A DNA stretch of 63,948 nt, filler included, from Lama guanicoe (GCA_013239625.1; 210 parts of 210 records of this genome joined end to end with filler, not necessarily neighbours in it), one strand, 5' to 3'. Positions 49,310 to 62,320 are shown, counted from the first letter of the whole stretch. Notes: a model not told the origin generated them from the letters alone. Numbers and translations: made by a program.

Positions 49310-49714
49310 NNNNNNNNNNNNNNNNNNNNNNNNNNNNNNNNNNNNNNNNNNNNTTAATTAATTAANNNNNNNNNNNNNNNNNNNNNNNNNNNNNNNNNNN
49401 NNNNNNNNNCTTTTCTCCAGTCATTGTTTACTAGTTTGCTTGGGGAGAAGAATCACCCGTGCCTTTGTCCCCTCCCCTACTCAACTCCTCCAAGAGCTTT
49501 ACATACCAGTCTTAGAACCTGGAGAAACCTGTGTGTTCCCTTTCCAAAAGGCCCCTCCAACATCATCCTTAACAATTTATTCTTGGGGACCTTTTAATTA
49601 AAGGCTGTAGTGGANNNNNNNNNNNNNNNNNNNNNNNNNNNNNNNNNNNNNNNNNNNNTTAATTAATTAANNNNNNNNNNNNNNNNNNNNNNNNNNNNNN
49701 NNNNNNNNNNNNNN

Positions 49715-49919
49715 TAAAAGGGAACTCTCCTACACTGTTGGTAAGAACATAAATTGGTGCAGCCACTATGGATAATGGCATGGAGGTTCCTTAAGAAAAC
49801 TAAAAACTAGAGTCACCATATGATCCAGCAACTCCACTCTTGGGCATATATCCAGAGAAAACCCTAGTTTGAAAAGATACATGTACCTCAATGTTCACAG
49901 CAACACTATTTGCAATATC
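49715..49919 (+). mobile_element. LINE-1 ORF2 C-terminal fragment
   Basis: ctcctacactgttggt..tggtgcagccactatgg..ccatatgatccagcaa..ccactcttgggcatatatcc. Confidence 0.92.
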
Positions 49920-50105
49920 NNNNNNNNNNNNNNNNNNNNNNNNNNNNNNNNNNNNNNNNNNNNTTAATTAATTAANNNNNNNNNNNNNNNNNNNNNNNNN
50001 NNNNNNNNNNNNNNNNNNNGGATGTTTGGGCAGGTCTCTGGTTGGGGGTCTAATAGGGAGAGGCTGGCCATCTGAGGGACAGGATTGTCCTCCTGAAGGT
50101 TGGGG

Positions 50106-50223
50106 TCATAAGGTATGTTCTTCCAGTCTGCGGTGAAGTTTGACATGAGGGAGGTAGACAAACTGGTCCTGGGGGTAAAAGAACACAAGCATATCCTCGC
50201 CCCCAGGTGACTAATTTAAAGGG
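50106..50223 (-). mobile_element. pol: Class II (betaretrovirus-like) ERV integrase C-terminus, frameshifted
   Basis: Minus strand reads PFKLVTWGRGYACVLLPPGPVCLPP, then a frameshift, then HVKLHRRLEEHTL*. TWGRGYACV..PVxLPxxHVK matches the betaretroviral IN motif TWGRG(F/Y)ACV..PVWIPxRHLK. Confidence 0.85.
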
Positions 50224-53200
50224 CNNNNNNNNNNNNNNNNNNNNNNNNNNNNNNNNNNNNNNNNNNNNTTAATTAATTAANNNNNNNNNNNNNNNNNNNN
50301 NNNNNNNNNNNNNNNNNNNNNNNNGTCAGTCTGCTTCCCTGTGTGACAGGAGGGAGGCAGGCACTTTACAGCCCCAGTTACAAACGGAGGACAAGTCCAC
50401 GGACCAGCCCTGGGCTCCTCCGACTGCTCTCCTTCCCGCGAAGCCCCTGCCTGGGGTGGGCTCAGTGCCCGCGGCTTTGCTGATGCAGCCTGTTTGCAAA
50501 TTCCCGCCCGTCCTCCTGAAGAGGGCAGGNNNNNNNNNNNNNNNNNNNNNNNNNNNNNNNNNNNNNNNNNNNNTTAATTAATTAANNNNNNNNNNNNNNN
50601 NNNNNNNNNNNNNNNNNNNNNNNNNNNNNGGCGAGGGTCTGGTCTGGTCCTGCCCTGAAGGAGCTCGTAGGCTCATGGGAGACATGCTCACCTCATCAGC
50701 TGACTGCAGCACCGAGGCCCAAGGCTTCCATGAAGCCACAGAAACACGACATGTACATCACAAGTTGTGTATCGCCTTTGGTAAAGCACATATGTAAGGC
50801 TGCTATTTGATTTTCCAGCAAGAATTAAAATTACNNNNNNNNNNNNNNNNNNNNNNNNNNNNNNNNNNNNNNNNNNNNTTAATTAATTAANNNNNNNNNN
50901 NNNNNNNNNNNNNNNNNNNNNNNNNNNNNNNNNNCATCTGACCAGTACAATGAATTATGGTGGATCCTGAATGCACAAAGAACGCAGTTCTCCAACATTC
51001 ACCTTGCAGATTTCCCGCCCCACACTTCCCCCTGGATCACTTAGCCGTATATTCTCCCCAAAGGCCAAAAAACAAGATTGCTTGAACAACGTATTTCCTG
51101 ACTAATTTATTAAGATGGTTTCTTGGGTTATACAATATTNNNNNNNNNNNNNNNNNNNNNNNNNNNNNNNNNNNNNNNNNNNNTTAATTAATTAANNNNN
51201 NNNNNNNNNNNNNNNNNNNNNNNNNNNNNNNNNNNNNNNCCCCCTCCCAGCAGCTCGGTCAGGGGCTGTGTTCCTGCCCGACAGGCGGTGGGGGCCGCTC
51301 TCCCTCTGCCTGCTCAGCAGTTAGCTCCGCTGCTTTGTGAGGCTGCGCGCTCCGCCCTGGCCGCGCTCAGTGGGTGGGCTCGGGGAAGGCCGAGAGGCAG
51401 CCTCTTCCCTGCTCCGAGCCAAGACCCAGCTCCTTGTTTGTCTTNNNNNNNNNNNNNNNNNNNNNNNNNNNNNNNNNNNNNNNNNNNNTTAATTAATTAA
51501 NNNNNNNNNNNNNNNNNNNNNNNNNNNNNNNNNNNNNNNNNNNNTCCACCGGTGTTTCCTGACTTCTCTGAGCATGAGAGTTCCTGGGACCCTTGTGGAA
51601 AGCACAGTTCACCTGGTGCTTTCCAGAGGGCTCAGTAGTAGGACCAGGAATATGGACTTTCCACAGCAGCAGGGGCTGCTTAACACCAGCAAAGGTGGGA
51701 GAAATACTGCTTCAAATCATTCAGTCTGTGATTCTTTATTCACAGCTTANNNNNNNNNNNNNNNNNNNNNNNNNNNNNNNNNNNNNNNNNNNNTTAATTA
51801 ATTAANNNNNNNNNNNNNNNNNNNNNNNNNNNNNNNNNNNNNNNNNNNNCCATGCTGGAAAAACAAACGGGGCTGGGGAGCTCTTTGCTCAGTACTCTGC
51901 TATCAGATGAAAAAGAAATTCCCATTTAAAAAAAAAAAAAGCGTTCAACGCCAAAGGGAATTTTTCTCTAAAGTCTGTTCACTCTTCCCCTGTACCCAGC
52001 CTCCTTTTTTTTTTGCTTTTAAGGAAAAGTGCCTGGTGCACGTGCGTTCACGTGNNNNNNNNNNNNNNNNNNNNNNNNNNNNNNNNNNNNNNNNNNNNTT
52101 AATTAATTAANNNNNNNNNNNNNNNNNNNNNNNNNNNNNNNNNNNNNNNNNNNNTGGCCACTCAGCGTGGATTCCGAGCTGGGACCGGGGGTTCAGAATG
52201 ACCTGTAGCAGCCGTAGGAGGCCTCTTCTCAGCAAATGGTACAGAAGTTTCTTTTTAAAAAATTTTTACTTATTTGTTCATTTTTAAATTGAAGTGCCAT
52301 CAATCACAATGTGTCAGTTTGTGGTGCATCACGCAACGTCCCGGTCCTGAACATGCATCNNNNNNNNNNNNNNNNNNNNNNNNNNNNNNNNNNNNNNNNN
52401 NNNTTAATTAATTAANNNNNNNNNNNNNNNNNNNNNNNNNNNNNNNNNNNNNNNNNNNNACTATCTCCAGCTGCTCTTTTCTTCTACTGGCTCAGACACT
52501 CCAATATGTTCTGTGTAGTCCAATATCAACATTTCCCCAATGAAAAATGTACAAACACACTTACATCTATAATATACCAAAAACTTTCTGGCATATAGTG
52601 GTCATAGATTAAAAACTGGTTCATTTCCCTTTCCCTACAGTTTTGTGCAATCTATGTATCATTGNNNNNNNNNNNNNNNNNNNNNNNNNNNNNNNNNNNN
52701 NNNNNNNNTTAATTAATTAANNNNNNNNNNNNNNNNNNNNNNNNNNNNNNNNNNNNNNNNNNNNTATCTTGTGCTCCTCCATCAATTCTTTTCCTTATCT
52801 ACTCCAACAAATACCTGTCACATCCTTAATGCAGAAAAATAAGAAAACCACTGAGCACAATGTGAAATATAGTCCTGGGCCATTTCTACTGCTAATAGCA
52901 GCCCTTAGCTGGTCTTCCAACTGTGCTGCACTTCTCTACACACGCTTCAGAAAGGATGGAAGTTAGGTCNNNNNNNNNNNNNNNNNNNNNNNNNNNNNNN
53001 NNNNNNNNNNNNNTTAATTAATTAANNNNNNNNNNNNNNNNNNNNNNNNNNNNNNNNNNNNNNNNNNNNGCCACGCTACACAGTAGTAGGGTCAGGATTT
53101 CGACTCAGGCAGTCTGCTAGATTTTAAGTTGTAAGACACCACGAGCCTTCTCAACTTGGCCACCGTCCACTCCAATTTGTATTACTTACTGAGTCGGTAG

Positions 53201-53424
53201 GCATTTACTGTAAGTCATTTTGTGTGGAAGGAGATTTGGGGAGGTGGAAATAAAGCAAGTGTGTCAGAGCTAGANNNNNNNNNNNNNNNNNNNNNNNNNN
53301 NNNNNNNNNNNNNNNNNNTTAATTAATTAANNNNNNNNNNNNNNNNNNNNNNNNNNNNNNNNNNNNNNNNNNNNGGCCTGTCACACATCCTCGCCAAGAA
53401 CTGCTGGATTAGATCTTTTATAAG

Positions 53425-53559
53425 CAGAGTGATCATATCTACCCGGTTCATCTAGGACAATTCCAACTCACATCTTTTGCCCTGGCTATCTTATTAATAA
53501 CATTCCCTTTTACTCTCAAAAGTGTCCCAATTTGGAATGTAAAATACATGGTCTTTCTC
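53425..53559. mobile_element. MER81/MER94-like hAT-Blackjack MITE
   Basis: ttattaataacattcccttttactctcaaaagtgtcccaatttgga..atggtc, with degenerate terminal inverted repeats (agagtgatcata / acatggtcttt). Confidence 0.6.
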
Positions 53560-53679
53560 TATAAGGTCCCCTCCAGATCNNNNNNNNNNNNNNNNNNNNN
53601 NNNNNNNNNNNNNNNNNNNNNNNTTAATTAATTAANNNNNNNNNNNNNNNNNNNNNNNNNNNNNNNNNNNNNNNNNNNN

Positions 53680-53719
53680 TCACCACCACGCAGCAAGTCC
53701 TGGACCTGCTCTTCAAAAG
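53680..53719 (+). CDS. RALGDS: RALGDS (or RALGDS-like paralog) exon 3' end, RasGEF N-terminal domain
   Basis: Reads (F)TTTQQVLDLLFKR and ends at AG|GTGAGC; matches recalled RALGDS YRAFTTTQQVLDLLFKRY. Confidence 0.8.
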
Positions 53720-53984
53720 GTGAGCCCCCGCCCGCCTCCTGGCCGTGTGACTTGGGAGCGCCACTTCAGCTCGCCGAGGCTCTGTTTGCGCCTGTGAAGG
53801 CCGGGCTGCCCAGAGGCCCGGCCGCACAGGGCTGGCAGGACATCGGGTGAGCGTGCACAGCGCGACCCTGTGCCCGGCCCTGCGNNNNNNNNNNNNNNNN
53901 NNNNNNNNNNNNNNNNNNNNNNNNNNNNTTAATTAATTAANNNNNNNNNNNNNNNNNNNNNNNNNNNNNNNNNNNNNNNNNNNN

Positions 53985-54189
53985 TCAAGACACGATGAGC
54001 CATATACATAGAAGCACCTCACGCCAGTCAGAGTGGCTGTCATTCAGAAGCCCACAAGCGACAAATGCTGCAGAGGGTGGGGAGAAGAGGGAATCCTCCT
54101 ACACTGCTGGGGGGAGTGCAGTGTGGTGCAGCCATTATGGAAACAGTACGGAGATTCCTCAAAAGACTAAAAATAGACTTACTATATGA
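53985..54189 (+). mobile_element. LINE-1 ORF2 C-terminal fragment, GC-shifted
   Basis: Homologous to 32331-32534 over about 160 nt. Confidence 0.9.
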
Positions 54190-54289
54190 NNNNNNNNNNN
54201 NNNNNNNNNNNNNNNNNNNNNNNNNNNNNNNNNTTAATTAATTAANNNNNNNNNNNNNNNNNNNNNNNNNNNNNNNNNNNNNNNNNNNN

Positions 54290-54494
54290 GAAGAACAAAA
54301 AATATAGAAATGAATAGCGAATATAGAACCCAGAAGTTTGAAATGCAGTGCACAACAGAGAATTTAGAATATAGAATACAGAAGACTCAATATAGTTTTT
54401 AGATTATATATCATATGTAGAATATAGAATGAAAAATCAAAGTATAGAATATAGAACATAGAATTTAGAACATGGAATGCAGAACACAGAATTT
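54290..54494 (+). repeat. Degenerate heptamer tandem repeat (same family as 7931-8135)
   Basis: agaatttagaatatagaatacagaa.. with 7-nt periodicity; shares a 21-mer with 8115-8135. Confidence 0.85.
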
Positions 54495-56119
54495 NNNNNN
54501 NNNNNNNNNNNNNNNNNNNNNNNNNNNNNNNNNNNNNNTTAATTAATTAANNNNNNNNNNNNNNNNNNNNNNNNNNNNNNNNNNNNNNNNNNNNAATAGC
54601 GAACTCCTACTTAGCCGTCAAAACCCAGCTCTGATAACACCTCTTTTGGAGAAGCCTTCTACAAGGTCCATAAGCCAAATTACTCACGCTCTCTCCTCAT
54701 CCACTGCTCTCTTCTCTAATATGATAGTGGATCCACTTAACTTTGTTATGTCTTTCCACCAGTCCCTATTCCTTGATGGCAGAGACCAGTTATCTTTGAN
54801 NNNNNNNNNNNNNNNNNNNNNNNNNNNNNNNNNNNNNNNNNNNTTAATTAATTAANNNNNNNNNNNNNNNNNNNNNNNNNNNNNNNNNNNNNNNNNNNNC
54901 GGATGCCAGCGGAAAGGACTCGGGGCCCCACAGGAGCACACAGAGATGCAGTCTAGCCGGCAACTGGGGGAGTCCCCAGACCTCAGTCCGCCCTGCAAAA
55001 ACTAGGGACAGGACCATGGCGCCCAGTTTGCCCAGGTCACTGCAGGCCCGCACTCGGGTCCTCGTCGCCCACCTTCCCGGGAAGAAAACGAAAGCAGGAA
55101 AGAGNNNNNNNNNNNNNNNNNNNNNNNNNNNNNNNNNNNNNNNNNNNNTTAATTAATTAANNNNNNNNNNNNNNNNNNNNNNNNNNNNNNNNNNNNNNNN
55201 NNNNCAGGAACCAAGAGCCCCTCTCTGCACAGCAAGTCATCTGTCTTGTGGCCACAGAGGCAGGCAAGTCAAACCAGCGCCTAAAGGCAAACACGAACCA
55301 CGGCTGAAGGAAGCCCGCCCCCTGGTGGCCGTCCGACAAACTGCACCGCAGCCAGGTCTAACCTCCTCCTCCTCATAATAGCTGGAGAGATGATAAAGGG
55401 GAATGAGACNNNNNNNNNNNNNNNNNNNNNNNNNNNNNNNNNNNNNNNNNNNNTTAATTAATTAANNNNNNNNNNNNNNNNNNNNNNNNNNNNNNNNNNN
55501 NNNNNNNNNATAAATAAAATCACCCCCATAGTGGAGTATTATGCAGCAGTGCTAACAGCGAGCTACAATTATATGCAACGATACACATGATTCTCACAAA
55601 CAATGTCGAACGAAAATTGCCAGACAAGATGGAGAACTTACGGAGTGATTCCATTTATATTAAATGTAAAACAAAAAAAGGCACCACTCATGTCTGCCAT
55701 GTGAAGTCAGAATANNNNNNNNNNNNNNNNNNNNNNNNNNNNNNNNNNNNNNNNNNNNTTAATTAATTAANNNNNNNNNNNNNNNNNNNNNNNNNNNNNN
55801 NNNNNNNNNNNNNNATAAATAAAATCACCCCCATAGTGGAGTATTATGCAGCAGTGCTAACAGTGAGCTACAATTATATGCAACGATACACATGATTCTC
55901 ACAAACAATGTCTAACGAAAATTGCCAGACAAGATGGAGAACTTACGGACTGATTCCATTTATATTAAACGTAAAACAAAAAAAGGCACCACTCATGTCT
56001 GCCATGTGAAGTCAGAATANNNNNNNNNNNNNNNNNNNNNNNNNNNNNNNNNNNNNNNNNNNNTTAATTAATTAANNNNNNNNNNNNNNNNNNNNNNNNN
56101 NNNNNNNNNNNNNNNNNNN

Positions 56120-56324
56120 TGAGGCAGAATTCCTCCTCCTTCAGCAGTTCGTGGTCTTTGCTATTAACATCTTCCAGCTGATTGGATGAGGCCACCCACA
56201 TTACCAAGGGTGTTGTCCTTTACTTAGAGTAAACTGATTGTCAGTTTTCACACATCTGCCAAATGCCGTGACCCTAGAAGCCCGCATTAGTACTTGATTA
56301 AATATCTGGGTGCTGTATCTTGGC
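56120..56324 (-). mobile_element. MLT2 (ERVL) LTR fragment
   Basis: gaggcagaattcctcct..ctgattggatgaggccacccacatt..tttacttagagtaaactgattgt. Confidence 0.8.
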
Positions 56325-57034
56325 NNNNNNNNNNNNNNNNNNNNNNNNNNNNNNNNNNNNNNNNNNNNTTAATTAATTAANNNNNNNNNNNNNNNNNNNN
56401 NNNNNNNNNNNNNNNNNNNNNNNNCAGCCCATTTCCCCCTCCTCAACCTGGGCCCCACGGCTGTGTCTCTCCATGCTCCTCACTCACCCACCCCTCCCCT
56501 CCAGCGCCCAATCAAATCTCTGAGTGTCTGTGATTGTACCTTTCTCGGCTACCTGCCACTCTGTACCCCTCTGATTCTACGGCTCCTGTCCCCCTCCCAC
56601 CACCCTGCGTCCAGGTTCCCCCAGGCCCANNNNNNNNNNNNNNNNNNNNNNNNNNNNNNNNNNNNNNNNNNNNTTAATTAATTAANNNNNNNNNNNNNNN
56701 NNNNNNNNNNNNNNNNNNNNNNNNNNNNNGTGTCTCCTAGGAATGAGGGGCCAGGAGGACACGGTCAGAGGCCTGAGCTGGACAGGGAGGCTCTGAGAGC
56801 TCCCCACCCCCCCACAGGGGTCTCGCTTGCTCCCCACCGCAACCTCCTCCCTCCAGAACAGCCCCTCTGGAGCCTCTGCGAGGATGGACCGCTCTACACC
56901 AGCGCCGTCCGATAGGTAACCGCACGTGACTATCNNNNNNNNNNNNNNNNNNNNNNNNNNNNNNNNNNNNNNNNNNNNTTAATTAATTAANNNNNNNNNN
57001 NNNNNNNNNNNNNNNNNNNNNNNNNNNNNNNNNN

Positions 57035-57238
57035 CCCGTTCCCTTTGTGCTGGATGAACGAACTTCTCTCCACATCCTCAGTTGTGAGAGATAAGTGGGT
57101 GTGAATACCGTCCTTCACCCAGATTGAAGGGAACACATAGTTCTTTTCAGTTGCAAACTCCATTCCGTACATATATATAGGGGAGGTAGAAGCCCCAACT
57201 CGATTTTACAGTGAAAACGGCAGGCACTTCAAACCGGC
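57035..57238. repeat. ~250-bp satellite family, copy 3 (204-bp contig)
   Basis: Reverse complements of 57129-57238 and 57036-57080 match 63229-63337 and 63134-63182 in permuted order. Confidence 0.88.
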
Positions 57239-60200
57239 NNNNNNNNNNNNNNNNNNNNNNNNNNNNNNNNNNNNNNNNNNNNTTAATTAATTAANNNNNN
57301 NNNNNNNNNNNNNNNNNNNNNNNNNNNNNNNNNNNNNNGCTCCTCTTCCCTGTAAAGTTCAGCCACATGGCTCTAATCAGGACCTGATGGAGTTGCCTCC
57401 CCTCCCCTCCCGCCAACAAGGACCAGGGACAGGCCTAGCAGGCTGACTGGTGAGGATCAATGGTGGGGACAGCATCTCCCCCAGCCCTGAGCCGAGAGGT
57501 GTCCACAGACTAGGAAATCAGATTCCAAGCCTCTGCTCTCTCANNNNNNNNNNNNNNNNNNNNNNNNNNNNNNNNNNNNNNNNNNNNTTAATTAATTAAN
57601 NNNNNNNNNNNNNNNNNNNNNNNNNNNNNNNNNNNNNNNNNNNATGCAAATTCCCTCCCAGGTAGTCAGTCTAACTCTCTCTCTCAGAGTTGCGGTGACA
57701 CAACGTCCAATCTGTGATATTAATCATTTGACAGTCTCTGATAACACACAACGTCTTCACTCCACTGAAACGAATGACCTGCCATATAACAAATCATTTA
57801 GTACTCAAATTTTCTGTCAGTAGGACCAAATATTCATAGCAGCCACATNNNNNNNNNNNNNNNNNNNNNNNNNNNNNNNNNNNNNNNNNNNNTTAATTAA
57901 TTAANNNNNNNNNNNNNNNNNNNNNNNNNNNNNNNNNNNNNNNNNNNNCCCCGCTCTGTTTTTGTTCTCTTCTCTGCCTCTGGCTATTGTTGCATCACTT
58001 TTGAATTAAAATTGACCCTGACATGAAGTGCAGCCCCCTTCCTTGACAACAAATATACAAGAAAAGCATTCACATAAGGGTACCGGGTATATAGCAGACT
58101 ATATGTAGCAGTTAGGATAAGCCAAGGAATGCTGTGGTAACAAATGACTCCAANNNNNNNNNNNNNNNNNNNNNNNNNNNNNNNNNNNNNNNNNNNNTTA
58201 ATTAATTAANNNNNNNNNNNNNNNNNNNNNNNNNNNNNNNNNNNNNNNNNNNNCCAGCCTGGGGGGGTCTCTGGTGCTTCTTCTCATGATTAGACTGAGG
58301 TGAAGGCTTTTTGGTCGCATGACATGACAGGGTCATGGCATCCACATGGCATATCAGTGATGGTACTATTTTCTCACCTCCCTCCTAAAGGATGTATTTA
58401 AACCCTGAGTACTAAAGAATATTTTGAATGACTTATTTTTGCACGCTGGGTGGGAGAGNNNNNNNNNNNNNNNNNNNNNNNNNNNNNNNNNNNNNNNNNN
58501 NNTTAATTAATTAANNNNNNNNNNNNNNNNNNNNNNNNNNNNNNNNNNNNNNNNNNNNATCTCCCCATGTCCCCTGGCGATGGCTCTGTGGGCTCAGCAA
58601 CTTGTGGACCCTCCTCAAGGGAGAAAGAGAAGCCTCCCTCTGGCTACCCCCTGGGCCATTGCTGGCTGAGTTAGGAGCCCGCATGGGCCAGGTCACCTGG
58701 GCCAGGGTCCGCCCGCTTCCTCAGGACAGGGAGGGGCCTGTAGGAGCAGAGGCTCTGGTCTGGNNNNNNNNNNNNNNNNNNNNNNNNNNNNNNNNNNNNN
58801 NNNNNNNTTAATTAATTAANNNNNNNNNNNNNNNNNNNNNNNNNNNNNNNNNNNNNNNNNNNNTAATTTCAGCCTGCAAATGTGCGTTGTGACCACAGCT
58901 TGCTAAGAACGGAACACTGTGAGTTGATAGTTTATTTCAAAGCAGGCAGCCTATTGAGAGATCCCTTCGATTTTACTGTTTGAATTCTTTGTCTTGTTAT
59001 TGCAATCTCAGGGTGGTTACACGACAGCACAAAGTAACGAAAGGAACCAAAAGTCAGGACACCTAGGTNNNNNNNNNNNNNNNNNNNNNNNNNNNNNNNN
59101 NNNNNNNNNNNNTTAATTAATTAANNNNNNNNNNNNNNNNNNNNNNNNNNNNNNNNNNNNNNNNNNNNGGAATAAGATGTCAGACGCCGCCCAGCGTGTC
59201 TGCACCACACATGCACATGTGTGCACACGATATACACAGCATGCACACACACACACACAGACACGAATGCACAGCCACCCTGCCCAACACTGTCGCACGG
59301 GGTCAGCGGCCGAGCACAGAGGCACTTGGCCCTAGGAGGCTCCCTGTGGCTCTGCCGAGCTGAGTGAACTGGGNNNNNNNNNNNNNNNNNNNNNNNNNNN
59401 NNNNNNNNNNNNNNNNNTTAATTAATTAANNNNNNNNNNNNNNNNNNNNNNNNNNNNNNNNNNNNNNNNNNNNTGTGCCCTGGGGGGAGGGGCACCATAG
59501 CCTTTGTCTCCTCAGACCTGCATCGCCATTACTGGTGCTTCTCAAAGGAAGAGATGCCGGGCTCAGCAGCAGCCTCCATCTCCTCCTGTGCGCAGCACCT
59601 GGGCGGGGTGAGGCCAAGACCTGAATCCGCACCCGGGGGCTCCGCAACCTCCTAGGCAGGATTGAGACTTGTTTACAGNNNNNNNNNNNNNNNNNNNNNN
59701 NNNNNNNNNNNNNNNNNNNNNNTTAATTAATTAANNNNNNNNNNNNNNNNNNNNNNNNNNNNNNNNNNNNNNNNNNNNAAAACTTACCCTATCACATAGT
59801 CTATTGAGAAGGCCAAATCAGGTCACATATGTGAAAAACAACAACAACAACACACTTTATAAATTGGATGGTCTTGTGTAAATGTGAAAATGATACTATA
59901 GATTTACTCAGTAAAGTCCTACACAGTTATTCCTAACTTGCTGAAATATTCTTACAGATCTTCCTAAATAGGAATATCTTTTCNNNNNNNNNNNNNNNNN
60001 NNNNNNNNNNNNNNNNNNNNNNNNNNNTTAATTAATTAANNNNNNNNNNNNNNNNNNNNNNNNNNNNNNNNNNNNNNNNNNNNTTTTGGCCCTTTGTGGT
60101 TTCCTTCTATCCTGTTGTTCGAGATGCAAGCCCCTGCCTGCAGCAGGAAGTCCCTGGCCTCAACCTGCTTAAAAGGTTAAAATCATTTATCAACCTGATT

Positions 60201-60388
60201 TTAAACTGCACAAGTTCTTCTCTAGAACTCTTTTCCACAGAGCCCCTTCCTGTGCATCCTTTGTTCTAGGTACAAGAATACAGAGAGTNNNNNNNNNNNN
60301 NNNNNNNNNNNNNNNNNNNNNNNNNNNNNNNNTTAATTAATTAANNNNNNNNNNNNNNNNNNNNNNNNNNNNNNNNNNNNNNNNNNNN

Positions 60389-60593
60389 GGAGACAAGATG
60401 TTGGGGCAAGTCATAACGACTTTATTCGGAAAGCCGACAGACTGAGAAGATGGGGGACTGAAGTCCTGGAGAACCATCTTCCTAAAGTCAGAATTCAGGA
60501 TCCTTTTATACTAGAAAGGGGAGGGTGTGTGGTTGGTTGGTGCAAACTTCTTGGTGTCAGAATCCTTTGTTTTTGCAGCTGTCCACTTAGGTC
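60389..60593 (-). mobile_element. ERV1-class LTR fragment
   Basis: Minus strand has TATAAAA upstream of AATAAA (plus-strand tttatt at 60421-60426), giving U3-R organisation. Confidence 0.6.
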
Positions 60594-60693
60594 NNNNNNN
60601 NNNNNNNNNNNNNNNNNNNNNNNNNNNNNNNNNNNNNTTAATTAATTAANNNNNNNNNNNNNNNNNNNNNNNNNNNNNNNNNNNNNNNNNNNN

Positions 60694-60898
60694 TGAAAAA
60701 CTCAAAAGCTTCCCACTAAAATCTGGAACAAGACAAGGATGCTGACTATCGCCAGTCCTGTTCAACATATTCTTGGAAGGCCTAGCCACAGCAATCAGAC
60801 AAGACAGGAAATAAAAGGGATCCAAACTAGAAAAGAAGAGGTAAAAGTTTCAGTATATGCTGATGACATGTTACTATATATAGAAAACCCTAAAAGGT
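60694..60898 (+). mobile_element. LINE-1 reverse transcriptase core, disrupted
   Basis: [35 protein letters not shown], then a frameshift, then EIKGIQTRKEEVKVSVYADDMLLYIENPK (YADD catalytic motif). Confidence 0.95.
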
Positions 60899-62320
60899 NN
60901 NNNNNNNNNNNNNNNNNNNNNNNNNNNNNNNNNNNNNNNNNNTTAATTAATTAANNNNNNNNNNNNNNNNNNNNNNNNNNNNNNNNNNNNNNNNNNNNCT
61001 GCAAGGTGGCATTAAGCACTCATACAACCATGAAATCAGTGACTATAGAACAGTCACAAGGCTTCCTCTCCAGCATGAGGCAGCAAAACCAGCAATAATT
61101 TTCAATGACAAAAGCCAAAATCATATATATTTGGGAAAGAATGCAAATGAATCTCTGAAGAACAATAAACCAAAAGGGCAGATGGAATGGAAACTTTTAT
61201 TGANNNNNNNNNNNNNNNNNNNNNNNNNNNNNNNNNNNNNNNNNNNNTTAATTAATTAANNNNNNNNNNNNNNNNNNNNNNNNNNNNNNNNNNNNNNNNN
61301 NNNGGGTCTATTTATGGGATGCAAAGTGTCCAGAAACAGTTACCATGCAGGTGGTATTTATTTGAAAAAACATTCACAGGGAACACTGAGGGAGATGGCT
61401 AAGTGCAAATACACACACGCACACAACACCCCCACAATAACCATGTGGTAAGAAAGCGAGATTTAATAAACTATGGACTATGGAAAATCATACTTTTGAA
61501 AATGTAAANNNNNNNNNNNNNNNNNNNNNNNNNNNNNNNNNNNNNNNNNNNNTTAATTAATTAANNNNNNNNNNNNNNNNNNNNNNNNNNNNNNNNNNNN
61601 NNNNNNNNTATCAAAGAATTTTGGACAAACAGCATAAATTATCTTTCTAAAATACAATAACTCCATGGTAGGTTCTGGAAAATCTGAAGCAGAAACAGGA
61701 ATCTGGTTTTAAAATATTGATAGAATTATTTCCATTAAAAGTCAATAGAAGTACGAGAAAATATTGAAAAACAAAATAAAAAACTATCTTCTTACAGTTT
61801 ACTAAATGTCATANNNNNNNNNNNNNNNNNNNNNNNNNNNNNNNNNNNNNNNNNNNNTTAATTAATTAANNNNNNNNNNNNNNNNNNNNNNNNNNNNNNN
61901 NNNNNNNNNNNNNTGGAAGATCTTGCTTCTGATGTACCTGCCTCCCTTTCTCTCATCTTGCCTAGATATGGTTTCAAAACCGGAGAGCTCGGCACCCAGA
62001 GCAGAGCAGAGGGGCGCCTGTCAAGGCCCGGGCAGAAGACCCCGATGCCAGACCAGCCCCGACTGTCTAATCGGACCAAAGGCCCCCGCCCAACATCCAC
62101 AACGGTGCTCATCAATTGNNNNNNNNNNNNNNNNNNNNNNNNNNNNNNNNNNNNNNNNNNNNTTAATTAATTAANNNNNNNNNNNNNNNNNNNNNNNNNN
62201 NNNNNNNNNNNNNNNNNNACTGGCAGCAATTACTTTCTTTGTTAATAGTTGCGTATGAAGTAGCTTTGATTAAATATTATTTTGGAAATTAGACACAATC
62301 TTGAGTATTATTTTAATAAT

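Noticed and set aside
57035..57080. Possible CENP-B box in the satellite (TTCG on the minus strand)
   Set aside because: TTCG is not followed by the required A..CGGG at the correct spacing in this copy or in 63134-63182.
60694..60898. Reverse transcriptase YADD motif as a sign of a novel retroelement system
   Set aside because: Ordinary LINE-1 ORF2 with an in-frame stop and a frameshift.
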